From Candidatus Nezhaarchaeales archaeon (GTDB taxonomy: Archaea > Thermoproteota > Methanomethylicia > Nezhaarchaeales > WYZ-LMO8), in NCBI GenBank assembly GCA_038887515.1, contig JAWAKK010000001.1:192001-256000 (forward strand): 64,000 bases of DNA, written 5' to 3'. Below are positions 1 to 9,259 of this stretch, piece after piece. A program made the position numbers and the translations under genes. Below the pieces are notes generated by a model. It was not told the DNA's origin. It did not search any database and saw only the letters and a list, made by a program, of their open reading frames with translations. The first letter of the stretch is position 1, and every line of letters begins with the position of its first letter.

Positions 1-489
1 ATTATCGTAAACCCTTTCTACTTCACCTAAAAACCATACATCGGGTGCTAGCCTCAAGGCCTCTTTAACTGTTATTAACTCAAAATTGGCGAGCGCTTCC
101 CTAGTCTCTAGGGGGAGCCCAATGTTCAACCTAACAAACTCTTTAGACACATCAATACAAGGCCTAGTTATAGCAGGATGAGCTATTAATGGTTTTTCTT
201 TGAGGGGTTCAATCAACTTGGGCAGTCCGCCAGTGTGATCGTAGTGTCTATGAGAAAGCACTATAACCTCAACGCTGCTCAAGTCAATATTTAACCTTTC
301 AGCATTCTCAAAAAGGGCTCTCCCCGTTTGTCCGGTGTCAAAAAGTAAGTTGTAGTTTCTTTCCCCTTCGTACTTAATGGAGACTAGGGCACTAAACCCG
401 TGCTCAGCCATGAGGCTTGTGAAGCCAGCATAATCTTCTACAAGGATTATAATCTCTAATGAATTAAGGATTAACGTCACGAAGTTCAC
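1..489 (-). CDS. MBL-fold metallo-hydrolase, MJ0301/MptH-like (7,8-dihydropterin-6-yl-methyl-4-(beta-D-ribofuranosyl)aminobenzene 5'-phosphate synthase family); truncated by the left window edge, not in ORF track
   Basis: Manual translation of the minus strand from GTG 489 (or GTG 480): ...ILVEDYAG..MAEHGFSALV..LLFDTGQ..LFENAERL..IVLSHRHYDHTGGL. It has the HxHxDH MBL motif plus the AEHG.S and FDTG signatures of this family. Confidence 0.85.
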   Translation of the reverse strand, partial: MNFVTLILNSLEIIILVEDYAGFTSLMAEHGFSALVSIKYEGERNYNLLFDTGQTGRALFENAERLNIDLSSVEVIVLSHRHYDHTGGLPKLIEPLKEKPLIAHPAITRPCIDVSKEFVRLNIGLPLETREALANFELITVKEALRLAPDVWFLGEVERVYDN

Positions 490-644
490 CTACAAGACTC
501 CTTTCAGCTAAATTATTAAGTATTGTGTATAACAGCCTTAAACAGCCGTTCCTGATCGATAACGTGAATGATTTTGAGAGCTCTCTTTTTGAGAATCATA
601 CTTAAAAGCTTCGTTCAGAAGCCTCCTTTCGGGGGGACGAAGTT

Positions 645-1136
645 TTGAATAGGAAGGCGATGTATATAGCAATTGTCGTAGCTTTTGCATTGCTATTGGT
701 AAGTGCTGGCGGGATGCTAACGCTGACTAGAGCTCAAAGCAATAATAGGATTTCATGGGATACGAGCGTCCAGTTCGATTTTAAAGCTAGAAAATGTTTT
801 GGATGTAAGCTAGGCCCTCTAAGGAGCACATTTCAGATATCAGCAGAATATAACGAGACTATAAATGAAGTGTTAAGGGCTAACGATGATACGTGTAACT
901 TACTTAATCAAGGTTATAGAGTCGTACTTATAAGACCAATAGTCAAAGCCTACGTACAAGGAGACGGTACTGTATCACTTAGGGGCCCTCAAGCCATAGT
1001 AGTCCTTAGCAACAATAGTACAGCAGCCGTATACCTCATAAACGTAGATACGAGGGAGGTAACTCATGTAGCGACTGTGAACATCAATGCCTTCAAGGAG
1101 CTTAAACAACTTTGTACTCGAGGTTTATTCCCGTAA
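645..1136 (+). CDS. Hypothetical secreted/membrane-anchored protein
   Basis: N-terminal basic plus hydrophobic signal/TM segment, GGGGG RBS-like run before TTG, CFGC motif. No family recognised. Confidence 0.6.
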   Translation: MNRKAMYIAIVVAFALLLVSAGGMLTLTRAQSNNRISWDTSVQFDFKARKCFGCKLGPLRSTFQISAEYNETINEVLRANDDTCNLLNQGYRVVLIRPIVKAYVQGDGTVSLRGPQAIVVLSNNSTAAVYLINVDTREVTHVATVNINAFKELKQLCTRGLFP

Positions 1137-1200
1137 GATAGTAAACGTAAATAACCATTTAACACTCCTCTATTTTTAGTCTTGACCCCCCTTTGGGCGT

Positions 1201-1680
1201 GTGCTAAAATTGAAGTTAGGATCTATATTAATTGCTAGCTCCGTTGTGTTGCTCATAGTCCTAGTCCCTCTCTACGTGTACTTAACTTACCCAAATGTGC
1301 AAGACGAAGAAGAAGCGCTCCTTGAAGGGAGTGTTACACCGGTAGCTTCCTTTAGACCTCCTAAGTTCTTAATTGGTTCAATAGTTTATGGATCTGCAAG
1401 AGAAGTGATTGATATTCATGAACCCACGATCGAACGGTTTAATAATCATTTAGTCGTCAAATTTAATGAAGTTAAGAAGTGTTTCCTACTGCTTGCACCA
1501 GCTTACAGAGAAGCGGTATCTGGCAAGGTTATGTCGGGAAGCCAAGTCGCAGGGCTAATAGTTCAAGAAGGCTCAATAGTTAAAATAGCGGTTTTTAAAA
1601 CTTCTAGGGGCTTGTTTTCAGTAGTCCTGGAGGTTCAAGTCGGCAGCGAACGTTATGTTATTGCGTCTAAGGGTAGGTAG
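1201..1680 (+). CDS. Hypothetical protein with N-terminal TM anchor
   Basis: Single N-terminal hydrophobic helix followed by a beta-rich soluble region; 6 nt from the next gene. Confidence 0.6.
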   Translation: MLKLKLGSILIASSVVLLIVLVPLYVYLTYPNVQDEEEALLEGSVTPVASFRPPKFLIGSIVYGSAREVIDIHEPTIERFNNHLVVKFNEVKKCFLLLAPAYREAVSGKVMSGSQVAGLIVQEGSIVKIAVFKTSRGLFSVVLEVQVGSERYVIASKGR

Positions 1681-1686
1681 ATCATC

Positions 1687-2241
1687 TTGCCAAGTCTATA
1701 CGAAACGTCGGTTCTCATTTCGGACACTATATGTTTGTCACTCTTCGGTTACATCATTTACGTTTTCTTAAAAATATACATGAAGCTTCAGGATAAAAGT
1801 TTATTGTATCTCTCATGTTCTTTCACACTTTTAGCCTTCAGCCAGTTATCATCTATTTTTTCGGTCCTCATAGAGTCCTCAAGACTTTCCTTAACTCTCT
1901 ACATCTTGACCTCGTCGTTAGCGGCAACAAGCTTCTTATTGATAGTGGTCTCGGTACTACAAGAGAAGAGGGCATTGACTGTTGTTGCCCCAATTATTGT
2001 GGCTGTACCGGACCTCATAGCATGTGCATTAGCTGCGGTTGCATCCTTTATCTGCGAGGGCAAGCAGCTCAAAGCTTACTTATTGGCCCTATCCATAGTT
2101 CATGTACTTCGTGGGCTTGGATCAGCTTTAATATACGTCGATGTAGGAATGCTCCTACCGATCGCATCCGAGATCGCAAGAGCGTTTGCAACGTTGCTCT
2201 TCGCAATCTTCCACGTTAGTAGGGTCGTGGGCCGTGAGTAA
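1687..2241 (+). CDS. Hypothetical polytopic membrane protein (about 6 TM)
   Basis: Almost entirely hydrophobic helices; its stop overlaps the GTG start of the downstream HTH gene. Confidence 0.7.
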   Translation: MPSLYETSVLISDTICLSLFGYIIYVFLKIYMKLQDKSLLYLSCSFTLLAFSQLSSIFSVLIESSRLSLTLYILTSSLAATSFLLIVVSVLQEKRALTVVAPIIVAVPDLIACALAAVASFICEGKQLKAYLLALSIVHVLRGLGSALIYVDVGMLLPIASEIARAFATLLFAIFHVSRVVGRE

Positions 2242-2524
2242 AGCCAAGAAAAGGAGCAGGCTGCAAATAGTTATGGAGGTCCTCGAAGCGCTCAACGAAC
2301 GTAGTGCACTACATGCTACCGAGCTGTCCCTTATAGTAAGGCTCTCTTACGATCGGTTAAAGAGCATTTTGGAAGATCTGAGTAAGAAGGGTCTGTTAAC
2401 TCTTGAACAAATGAATGATGGACATAGATCGCTAACTATAAGGCTAACGGTTAAAGGAGAGACTCTATTTGAAGAGCTTAAAAAATTGAAGAAACTACTA
2501 GAAGAGTACGGTCTGCTTGACTAG
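2234..2524 (+). CDS. Archaeal winged helix-turn-helix transcription regulator (HTH_45-like)
   Basis: KRSRLQIVMEVLEAL..ATELS..RLSYDRL..L..L..KGLL..LTVKG pattern; likely start GTG 2234. Confidence 0.85.
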   Translation: MSKAKKRSRLQIVMEVLEALNERSALHATELSLIVRLSYDRLKSILEDLSKKGLLTLEQMNDGHRSLTIRLTVKGETLFEELKKLKKLLEEYGLLD

Positions 2525-2627
2525 GTTGAATTAAATGTAGACTGGGAGCCGACATAATTGGAATGCACGACTTTATTACTAAGTCAGTGATTTATTCATT
2601 ATCTGCAGAGTCGTGTACGAAAGATAC

Positions 2628-3455
2628 CTAAATGGTTAGTGCCTCATAACCCTTTACTACGAACGTTTCAGCTTTAGCGTTCCGCACTATTGCTATTGGC
2701 ATGAACTCTGCCGTTGTAAACGCGGCCACCTCATCATTAATGTTTAAAGCTATTAATCCGCAAGGGCCATTCACTAGATTCCCAGCTCTAATTACTGCAC
2801 TTCTTAAAGGCAGTGCATTCTCTTCGTAAAAGGTGGAAATGGCTCTACAGGGTTGAGCCATCATTATTGCCTCTCCATAACCTGTAGAGCAGGAGGCAAC
2901 TAGCTTAGAAACCCAAAAGCCAGCTCCCGGAATTGGGGTGTCGCCAACCCTTCCACGCATCTTACCTTTGATACCTCCAGTGCTAATAGCTGAAGCCAGT
3001 CTACCCATTTTATCTAAGGCTATTGCGCCCACAGTCTCACAACTTAAGTCTTTGGCCCCTCCATCAAGAGGAGGGAGCCCCTTCTTTCTGGCCAGCTCGT
3101 CAGCTCCATCACCTACCAGCAATACGTGGTTAGTTTCTTCCATGACTATTCTAGCTAGCCTTACTGCATTCCAAGTGGCCTTAACGTAAGCTACAGCCCC
3201 AGCTCTGTTCATCCACATTACCCCAGCATCGAGACTAACATTTCCAAGGGCGTCTTTACAAGAGCCGCGGCCTGCATTAAAGACCCCGCTTTCCTCCATA
3301 AATGAGACAGATTCAACAACGGCATCGAGAGATGAGCCACCGTCGTTCAGAACCTTAAAGCCTATCTCGCCGGAGATCCTTAAAACTTCTAAGGCTTTTC
3401 TTAAATCGTTAGCTTCCCATCTACCGGCCCCGCCATGCAAGACTATAGTTGGCAT
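2628..3455 (-). CDS. iaaA: Isoaspartyl peptidase / plant-type L-asparaginase (Ntn hydrolase)
   Basis: IVLHGGAG, FNAGRGS, catalytic Thr in ETVGAIALD, STGG, GRVGDTPIPGAG, TGYGE. Confidence 0.9.
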   Translation of the reverse strand: MPTIVLHGGAGRWEANDLRKALEVLRISGEIGFKVLNDGGSSLDAVVESVSFMEESGVFNAGRGSCKDALGNVSLDAGVMWMNRAGAVAYVKATWNAVRLARIVMEETNHVLLVGDGADELARKKGLPPLDGGAKDLSCETVGAIALDKMGRLASAISTGGIKGKMRGRVGDTPIPGAGFWVSKLVASCSTGYGEAIMMAQPCRAISTFYEENALPLRSAVIRAGNLVNGPCGLIALNINDEVAAFTTAEFMPIAIVRNAKAETFVVKGYEALTI

Positions 3456-3696
3456 TTAGACCGCCGGTTTAACGACCCCTACATTGGTATGAATACCATG
3501 GAGACCTCGATAAACTTTATCCTGCTTCAAGCCTTCATAAGTTAAAGTTGTTTACAAGACACACATATCAGAGCAGTGGGATCGGTAGCCCTAAGACGAA
3601 TGCATCATGCGACACTGAGAGCCGACGTGGAGGCTCGATAATTACGCCCTAGCGGTGGATTAATAGTTCAGCTAGCATAGGCTTTAGGAGAGAACA

Positions 3697-4116
3697 ATGT
3701 ATAACAATGTTGTAGAGGCTCTTAAACGCAGGGGCTTTGATGTTGTAGGGACCTGCGAGCACAGCAATGAAGTATACCTAGGGGTTAAGATGCCAGAACT
3801 TGTATTTACCTTGAATTCGATTGAAGCCTTTGAGGCTAACTTCCCTCTTGAAACCTTCGAAGAAAAGTTCAAGCTTACGCTGGCACACTTGACGGAAGCA
3901 GATTACGATTTCTGTAGGAACGCGGGGGTTAAGCCTATAATTGCATTAAGGAAAAAAGGTTTGCTTGGCTTCATAAAACGCTTACTCAATAAACATAAGC
4001 CAATATACCTATGCCGTGACTCTGTATGGCTTCCTCAGAGTACTGAAAATCTCCTTGACTTATTGGAGACGCTAAAACATTGGTACTCGGTACGATCCCC
4101 TAAAAAGAGAACATAG
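3697..4116 (+). CDS. Hypothetical protein
   Basis: 139-aa ORF with AGGAG RBS upstream of ATG; no family recognised. Confidence 0.6.
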   Translation: MYNNVVEALKRRGFDVVGTCEHSNEVYLGVKMPELVFTLNSIEAFEANFPLETFEEKFKLTLAHLTEADYDFCRNAGVKPIIALRKKGLLGFIKRLLNKHKPIYLCRDSVWLPQSTENLLDLLETLKHWYSVRSPKKRT

Positions 4117-4133
4117 AGTTATGGAATGAAGGT

Positions 4134-5201
4134 CTAAAAAGGAATATCTTCCTCGATAAGACCTCTTAATAGTTCTATTAAATCTTCCAAGTCCTTAATG
4201 CTTAGGACTTCTTGGAACGTATGGACGTATCTCGTCGGAACAGCTACGACTCCGCTTGGGACCCCCTCTCTCGATAGTTGTATGGCAGTCGCATCAGTAG
4301 TTCCTCCTTCTAGAACCTCAAGCTGAAATGGAATTTTCCTTTTCTCAGCTATTTCCATGACCCATTGCTTCACCTTAGGATTAGGTATGAGTCCTCCAGA
4401 TAGCGAGTCCCTGCGGCCGTCGGCAGCTACTATTACCGGTCCCTTGCCGACCTTTACTGGGGCTTCATGGACGTCTACATTCGGATGATCTCCAGCTATG
4501 GTAGTGTCGACTGCTATGCCTACTGTAGGCTTAATGGCATAACCAGCAACCGTAGCTCCTCTAAGCCCAACTTCTTCTTGTATCGTGAAAACAGCGTAAA
4601 CTTTGTTCCTAGGTTTAACGTCCTTAAGCGCTTGGACTAGGGCAGCGCAACCGGCTCTATCATCAAAAGCTTTTCCAGATACAAGACCGTTGACTAATTC
4701 CACGAAGTTTCTATCTATTGTTATAAAATCTCCTACAGCAATTCCCATCTCCTTAACTTCTTCTAAGCTCCGAGCTCCAACATCAATGAACATCTTCTCG
4801 TAAGTCAGCAGTTGCCGTCTCTCCTCGTCTTTCATCACGTGGACAGCTTTGCTTCCTATGACTCCCTTCACTCTTCCCTTACTACCATGGATTACTACTC
4901 GTTGCCCCACGAGCAATTGATCCCATATACCCCCAAGTTTAGCGAACCTTATGAAGCCCTTTTCGTCTATGCTCTTAACTATTAACGCTATCTCATCCAT
5001 GTGAGCAGCTATCATAAGTGACTTGTCGCCTGAACCCTTGTAGGCTATTAGGTTGCCCAGCTGGTCTCTAACAAATCCGTCAACGTGTCCCTTGAGTTCA
5101 TCAACTATTATGTTAGCGACTTCGTCTTCGAGACCTGGAGGACCGTGAGCTTCTGAAAGCCTCCTCAACACGTCAATTAATTCCCTCATAAGAACCACCA
5201 T
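4134..5201 (-). CDS. M42 family (TET) aminopeptidase
   Basis: AAHMDEI, KAFDDRAG, QEEVGLRGA, GGTTD, RYVHT; real start may be ATG 5189. Confidence 0.93.
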   Translation of the reverse strand: MVVLMRELIDVLRRLSEAHGPPGLEDEVANIIVDELKGHVDGFVRDQLGNLIAYKGSGDKSLMIAAHMDEIALIVKSIDEKGFIRFAKLGGIWDQLLVGQRVVIHGSKGRVKGVIGSKAVHVMKDEERRQLLTYEKMFIDVGARSLEEVKEMGIAVGDFITIDRNFVELVNGLVSGKAFDDRAGCAALVQALKDVKPRNKVYAVFTIQEEVGLRGATVAGYAIKPTVGIAVDTTIAGDHPNVDVHEAPVKVGKGPVIVAADGRRDSLSGGLIPNPKVKQWVMEIAEKRKIPFQLEVLEGGTTDATAIQLSREGVPSGVVAVPTRYVHTFQEVLSIKDLEDLIELLRGLIEEDIPF

Positions 5202-5285
5202 TATAATATTATGCTTTTAATAAAAAATGTTGTGTTTAAACTTCCAGTTGGATCGATAACGACTTCTTGGGTTTAAAGTCCTTTC

Positions 5286-5343
5286 GACTCAGAGCGATGG
5301 CTCTCTATCATGCAGTCAATACGAAGGGCGCGATCATCATCGC
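5286..5343 (-). ncRNA. Box C/D 2'-O-methylation guide sRNA (candidate)
   Basis: Minus strand reads ATGATGA(C) tcgcgcccttcgta TTGA(D') ctgc ATGATAG(C') agagccatcgct CTGA(D). Intergenic, 52-nt core (5289-5340), guide lengths 14 and 12 nt. Confidence 0.7.
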
Positions 5344-5476
5344 CTAGCTCGACATATTAAAGCTCTAATAACTGAAGTGCTTACACGCCTACTTAAAGTT
5401 GTCATTTAATTTTGCAAAGCCTATCTTACAATCACCACGACACAACTTCTAAAAAGTTAAATGAGATTAAGGACTA

Positions 5477-6295
5477 TTACGTAACCTTCCTTCTTTTTTC
5501 CTTGACTATGGACATGAAGGCCTTGACTTTATCGACGTCTACGGGTGCTGATAGATTTCCTCCTCTAAAGTAACTGCCAACTATTGCTGCGTCGGCTAGC
5601 CTAAATAGCGTACTTATGTTTTCTGGGTTGCAACCACTACCAATTATGATAGAAGCACTAGGTAACCTTGCTCTGACCCTTTCTACGTATGTTAAAGATG
5701 GAGGGGTGCCCGTGCTTGGACCCGTTAGGATTATTGCATCGGCAAGCCCCCTACTCAAGGCTTCTTCAGCTATAACCTCTACTGGTCTTTGGACCAAAGG
5801 TGCTCCGTGTTTTACGTGGATATCGGCAAATACCCTAACCTTTAATGCTTGGTACAAAATCTTCGCCCTTTGGACCTTGTAAGCACAAGGATCTATGATC
5901 CCTTGATCTGTAACGATAACCTCTACGTAAGCATTGGCCCTTATGAAGGCTCCTCCAACTGCCTTAGCAATAGCTATGGCTGATATGGCATCATTCCTTA
6001 GCACATTTATGCCAAGAGGGACATCAACCTCTCTTGCAACCTCTCTAGCTATAACTGCCATACAGGCTATGGTCGATGGCTCTGCATGTCCCCTTCGATA
6101 GGGCATATCCCAGAAATTCTCGATCAAGATACCGTCGATTCCTCCATCCCTTAGTGCCCTAGCATCCCTTAGGGTCTTTTCAATTATTGAATCCACTTCG
6201 CCCCCGTCGTACAGGGGGGCGCCTGGTAGAGGGGGTAAATGTATTACTCCTATAACAGCTTTTGTGGTCTTAAAGATATCTTCTATAATTTTCAC
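5477..6295 (-). CDS. BtpA/SgcQ family TIM-barrel protein
   Basis: GVIHLPPLPGAP, IENFWDMPY, GINVLRND, ADIHVKH, IIIGSG, AIVGS. Confidence 0.92.
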   Translation of the reverse strand: MKIIEDIFKTTKAVIGVIHLPPLPGAPLYDGGEVDSIIEKTLRDARALRDGGIDGILIENFWDMPYRRGHAEPSTIACMAVIAREVAREVDVPLGINVLRNDAISAIAIAKAVGGAFIRANAYVEVIVTDQGIIDPCAYKVQRAKILYQALKVRVFADIHVKHGAPLVQRPVEVIAEEALSRGLADAIILTGPSTGTPPSLTYVERVRARLPSASIIIGSGCNPENISTLFRLADAAIVGSYFRGGNLSAPVDVDKVKAFMSIVKEKRRKVT

Positions 6296-6403
6296 CTTTC
6301 TACAGTCCCTCCCAGTTACTTACTTTAAGTCAAAATTAATTAATTAGAAAATCTATCGAGGTAATAGTGAACGCTACAAATTTTGAGGTGGGCCTCTTAG
6401 GTT

Positions 6404-6976
6404 ATGGATAAACCTCAGGCATCGAGGTTAAGCTTTATTTCCAAAGATTATGAACTAATATCATCAGGACATACTTTGAAGAGTCTACACTCAACCGTTT
6501 ACAGAGTTGACGACCTCGTGTTAAAGATAAGGAGTTTTGATGTTAAGTCCGCTAAGGACATTAAAGAGTACCTGAAGAATTTGACAAAGAACTTTGATTT
6601 TGTGCCAGACCTGTTAGGGGTTTTGGTGGGGACTATAGAGCTCGACGGCGAGGTTAAAGTAGCCGTCGTGAGCGTTCACTCTTATGCTGAGCCATTAAGC
6701 GTACCGACTTTGAGGGATATATGGGAAATATTGGCGATAGTATTTCAAGCACAATCCAAGGGCTACACGCTAGACCTGAAGCCTTCAAACTTTGGTAAGC
6801 TTCGGGACCGAGTGGTTTACGTAGACGAGTACGGCTTAGGTAAGCCGCTTCCAAGAGATATTCTCGAAGACTTCGAGAAGTTGAAGAAGAAAATAGAACA
6901 TTACTTTAAACAAGTAGCTAGCGCTTTCTCGAACCAAGGCCTGGAGGCAACAATTTCCAATACCGACAACTTTTAA
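6404..6976 (+). CDS. Minimal atypical protein-kinase-like fold protein
   Basis: STVYR..LVLKI (beta3 Lys), VPDLLG, catalytic loop DLKPSN and DFG-equivalent VDEYG. Confidence 0.65.
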   Translation: MDKPQASRLSFISKDYELISSGHTLKSLHSTVYRVDDLVLKIRSFDVKSAKDIKEYLKNLTKNFDFVPDLLGVLVGTIELDGEVKVAVVSVHSYAEPLSVPTLRDIWEILAIVFQAQSKGYTLDLKPSNFGKLRDRVVYVDEYGLGKPLPRDILEDFEKLKKKIEHYFKQVASAFSNQGLEATISNTDNF

Positions 6977-7025
6977 GAAAGCTCGTGGGCAGTACTTAGC
7001 AACTAGTCAGCTCCTTCAGCTCCCT

Positions 7026-7604
7026 TCAATTTATGGATAATTTGAGATTTTCAGCTATGACGTTTAAGGCCTCTAGCGGAGTTGAAACTGTTGAGCCAAT
7101 AATTATAGTTGGTATACCTAATTTCTTGCCAGCTTCGAGATCAGTAATTCTATCGCCCATGAACACCACAAGGTCTCGGCCAATTTCAGCGTCAAGCTTT
7201 CTAAGAGCTATTTCTATTTGTCTTGCCCTATCGAGCTCTTCATCTCTAGTTACATAAACGTCAACGTATGAATCCAAGCCACTAATTTTGAGGGCTGCTT
7301 TTAAGCCTCTCTCGCTCTGGAGAGTCACTATAGCTACCTTGACTTCCAGTGATTTTAATAATTTTAAGAGCCTCTTCGATCCTTCAAGCTCTTTAAGCTC
7401 CCTTATCGAATTAACTTCGTAGTTTTCAATCAACTGGCTAAGCTCTTTATATAGCGCTTCGTCTTTGGCTCTAGTGACTCTTAGAGCCTCAAAGACCGAA
7501 GTTACTTCATGTCCTACGACCCTTGACAAAGCCCTTTTAACTTCATCCCAATTAACGGGGACGTAAATCAATGTTCCATCCAGGTCTGAAACGAAGACCC
7601 TCAT
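7026..7604 (-). CDS. HAD-superfamily hydrolase (phosphatase)
   Basis: Motif I SDLDGTL, motif II IVT, motif IV MGDRITD. Confidence 0.9.
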   Translation of the reverse strand: MRVFVSDLDGTLIYVPVNWDEVKRALSRVVGHEVTSVFEALRVTRAKDEALYKELSQLIENYEVNSIRELKELEGSKRLLKLLKSLEVKVAIVTLQSERGLKAALKISGLDSYVDVYVTRDEELDRARQIEIALRKLDAEIGRDLVVFMGDRITDLEAGKKLGIPTIIIGSTVSTPLEALNVIAENLKLSIN

Positions 7605-7747
7605 GGCCGTCTTACTTTATATGAACGCCTCCCTTTTTAAGCTCTACTGGCTAAATGGTTAACCATATGTTATTAAGCGATGGTGACAAGCATCTTTTAG
7701 GGTCAATTTTAACAGTAAATTTTGCGGATAGGGCTTGTGGTGGGCTT

Positions 7748-8524
7748 ATGGATCTCAGCATTGAAGAACTTGAGAGGTATGATAGACAGATACGCATAGC
7801 TGGACTTGGAGTAGATGGCCAGAGAAAGTTAAAGACTGCGAAGGTATTGGTAGCTGGACTGGGAGGGCTTGGATGTCCAGCTTCCCTGTACTTAGCCGCT
7901 TCCGGTATCGGGAAGCTAGTAATCGTAGATAAAGACAAGGTTGAGCTAAGCAACTTAAATAGACAGATCCTTCACTGGACCCCTGATATAGGTAAACTGA
8001 AAGTTGAGTCTGTGGCAGAAAAGATACTTAAAATAAATCCCAACGTTGAAGTTGAACCATTAGCTTTAGAAATCGACGAAGGAAACGTCGAGGATCTAGT
8101 CAGTAAGGTCGACGTGGTCGTCGACGGCATGGATAACTTTAGAACTCGTTTCCTTCTTAACGAAGCGTGTATACGACAAAACAAGCCATTCGTTCATGCT
8201 GCAGTTTACGGTCTTGAAGGTCAGTTAATAACAGTGCTACCAGGTAAAGGGCCTTGCCTAAGGTGTATAATTCCCTTAGAACCTCCTCAACAAACGCCCG
8301 TACCGGTATTGAGTACGACGCCGGGGGTCATGGCAACCCTTGAAGTCATGGAGGTTGTGAAGCTTGTAGCAGGCTTGGGGAAACCTTGTAGTGACAAACT
8401 ATTGATATTTGACGGCTATGAAATGAAGTTTCATGAAGTAAGAGTTGAACCATCACCAAGTTGCCCTGTATGTTCAAAGCTTAAGGAGATAGAACGCCAT
8501 AAACCTCACAACCTACTCCAATAA
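7748..8524 (+). CDS. ThiF/MoeB/UbaA E1-like adenylyltransferase
   Basis: RYDRQI, GLGGLG, SNLNRQ, DNFRTR, Zn-binding CLRC and CPVC; likely start ATG 7748. Confidence 0.92.
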   Translation: MDLSIEELERYDRQIRIAGLGVDGQRKLKTAKVLVAGLGGLGCPASLYLAASGIGKLVIVDKDKVELSNLNRQILHWTPDIGKLKVESVAEKILKINPNVEVEPLALEIDEGNVEDLVSKVDVVVDGMDNFRTRFLLNEACIRQNKPFVHAAVYGLEGQLITVLPGKGPCLRCIIPLEPPQQTPVPVLSTTPGVMATLEVMEVVKLVAGLGKPCSDKLLIFDGYEMKFHEVRVEPSPSCPVCSKLKEIERHKPHNLLQ

Positions 8525-8920
8525 TATTTCAAGCCTCTTTACTGAGCCGCTTTCCACCACATATGCAGCTATCGAACCATCCACAGAGCTTATGATTAGC
8601 CATACTACAGGCCAGCTCTTCATACTTTCTAAGTCGATTGCTGATGGAATCGGCGGACCTGGATGTGAGTGATAAATCCCTATAACCTCTAGACCTACCT
8701 CTTCCGCATACCTGTGAGCTTCGTAAACACTTCTCGGATCCACTTCAAAACGTATTTGGCTCGTAGGTGAGATGTTCTTGGCCTTGTAGAGTTTGACAAC
8801 CTTGAAGCCTTCGTCTTCCACTACGCCGAGGAGGAAGCCACATACTTCGTGATATTCAGCTAGGGAGTCATGAACCATCTCCATTACGAGGAGACTACTT
8901 ATCTTCAACCTACTTCTCAT
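8513..8920 (-). CDS. JAMM/MPN+ (Mov34) metalloprotease, desampylase-like
   Basis: EVCGFL and YHSHP.....PSAID (JAMM HxHx7Sx2D); likely start ATG 8920. Confidence 0.9.
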   Translation of the reverse strand: MRSRLKISSLLVMEMVHDSLAEYHEVCGFLLGVVEDEGFKVVKLYKAKNISPTSQIRFEVDPRSVYEAHRYAEEVGLEVIGIYHSHPGPPIPSAIDLESMKSWPVVWLIISSVDGSIAAYVVESGSVKRLEILLE

Positions 8921-9061
8921 TCTAAGAAGAATATAAGATTGTAAATCCTTATTAGCATACACGGTTTCTCTCAAACTCGTGAGGATTGTTGTTTTGCAAC
9001 ATCAATGCAAGGAAGAAACTTATCAGTTACCCTTATTAATTTACTTACCTCCTATGCAGTG

Positions 9062-9253
9062 ATGTGTGAATTTCGAGTTTACTTGAAAACCAATAGTGAA
9101 CTTAGAGAAGTAGCTAGTGGGGTCGTTAAGGCGGTAGTAGAGGGTAGAACTGTCAAACTTATAACGTCGTTCGGTGAAGTTAAGAAAGTTGACAGCGCAA
9201 CCATAGAATCCGTCGATGTACCGAATGAGAAGTTAATATTAATAAAACTTTGA
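9062..9253 (+). CDS. cooT: CooT family small nickel-binding protein
   Basis: Begins MCEFRVYL (conserved Cys2), then FGE.K...A.I..VD; about 63 aa from ATG 9062. Confidence 0.75.
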   Translation: MCEFRVYLKTNSELREVASGVVKAVVEGRTVKLITSFGEVKKVDSATIESVDVPNEKLILIKL

Positions 9254-9259
9254 GGGGCC

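Noticed and set aside
3565-3640. Degenerate C/D-like sequence sharing cgtggaggctc with the 24.5-kb sRNA
   Set aside because: The boxes are non-canonical and the spacing inconsistent; an 11-nt match can arise by chance.
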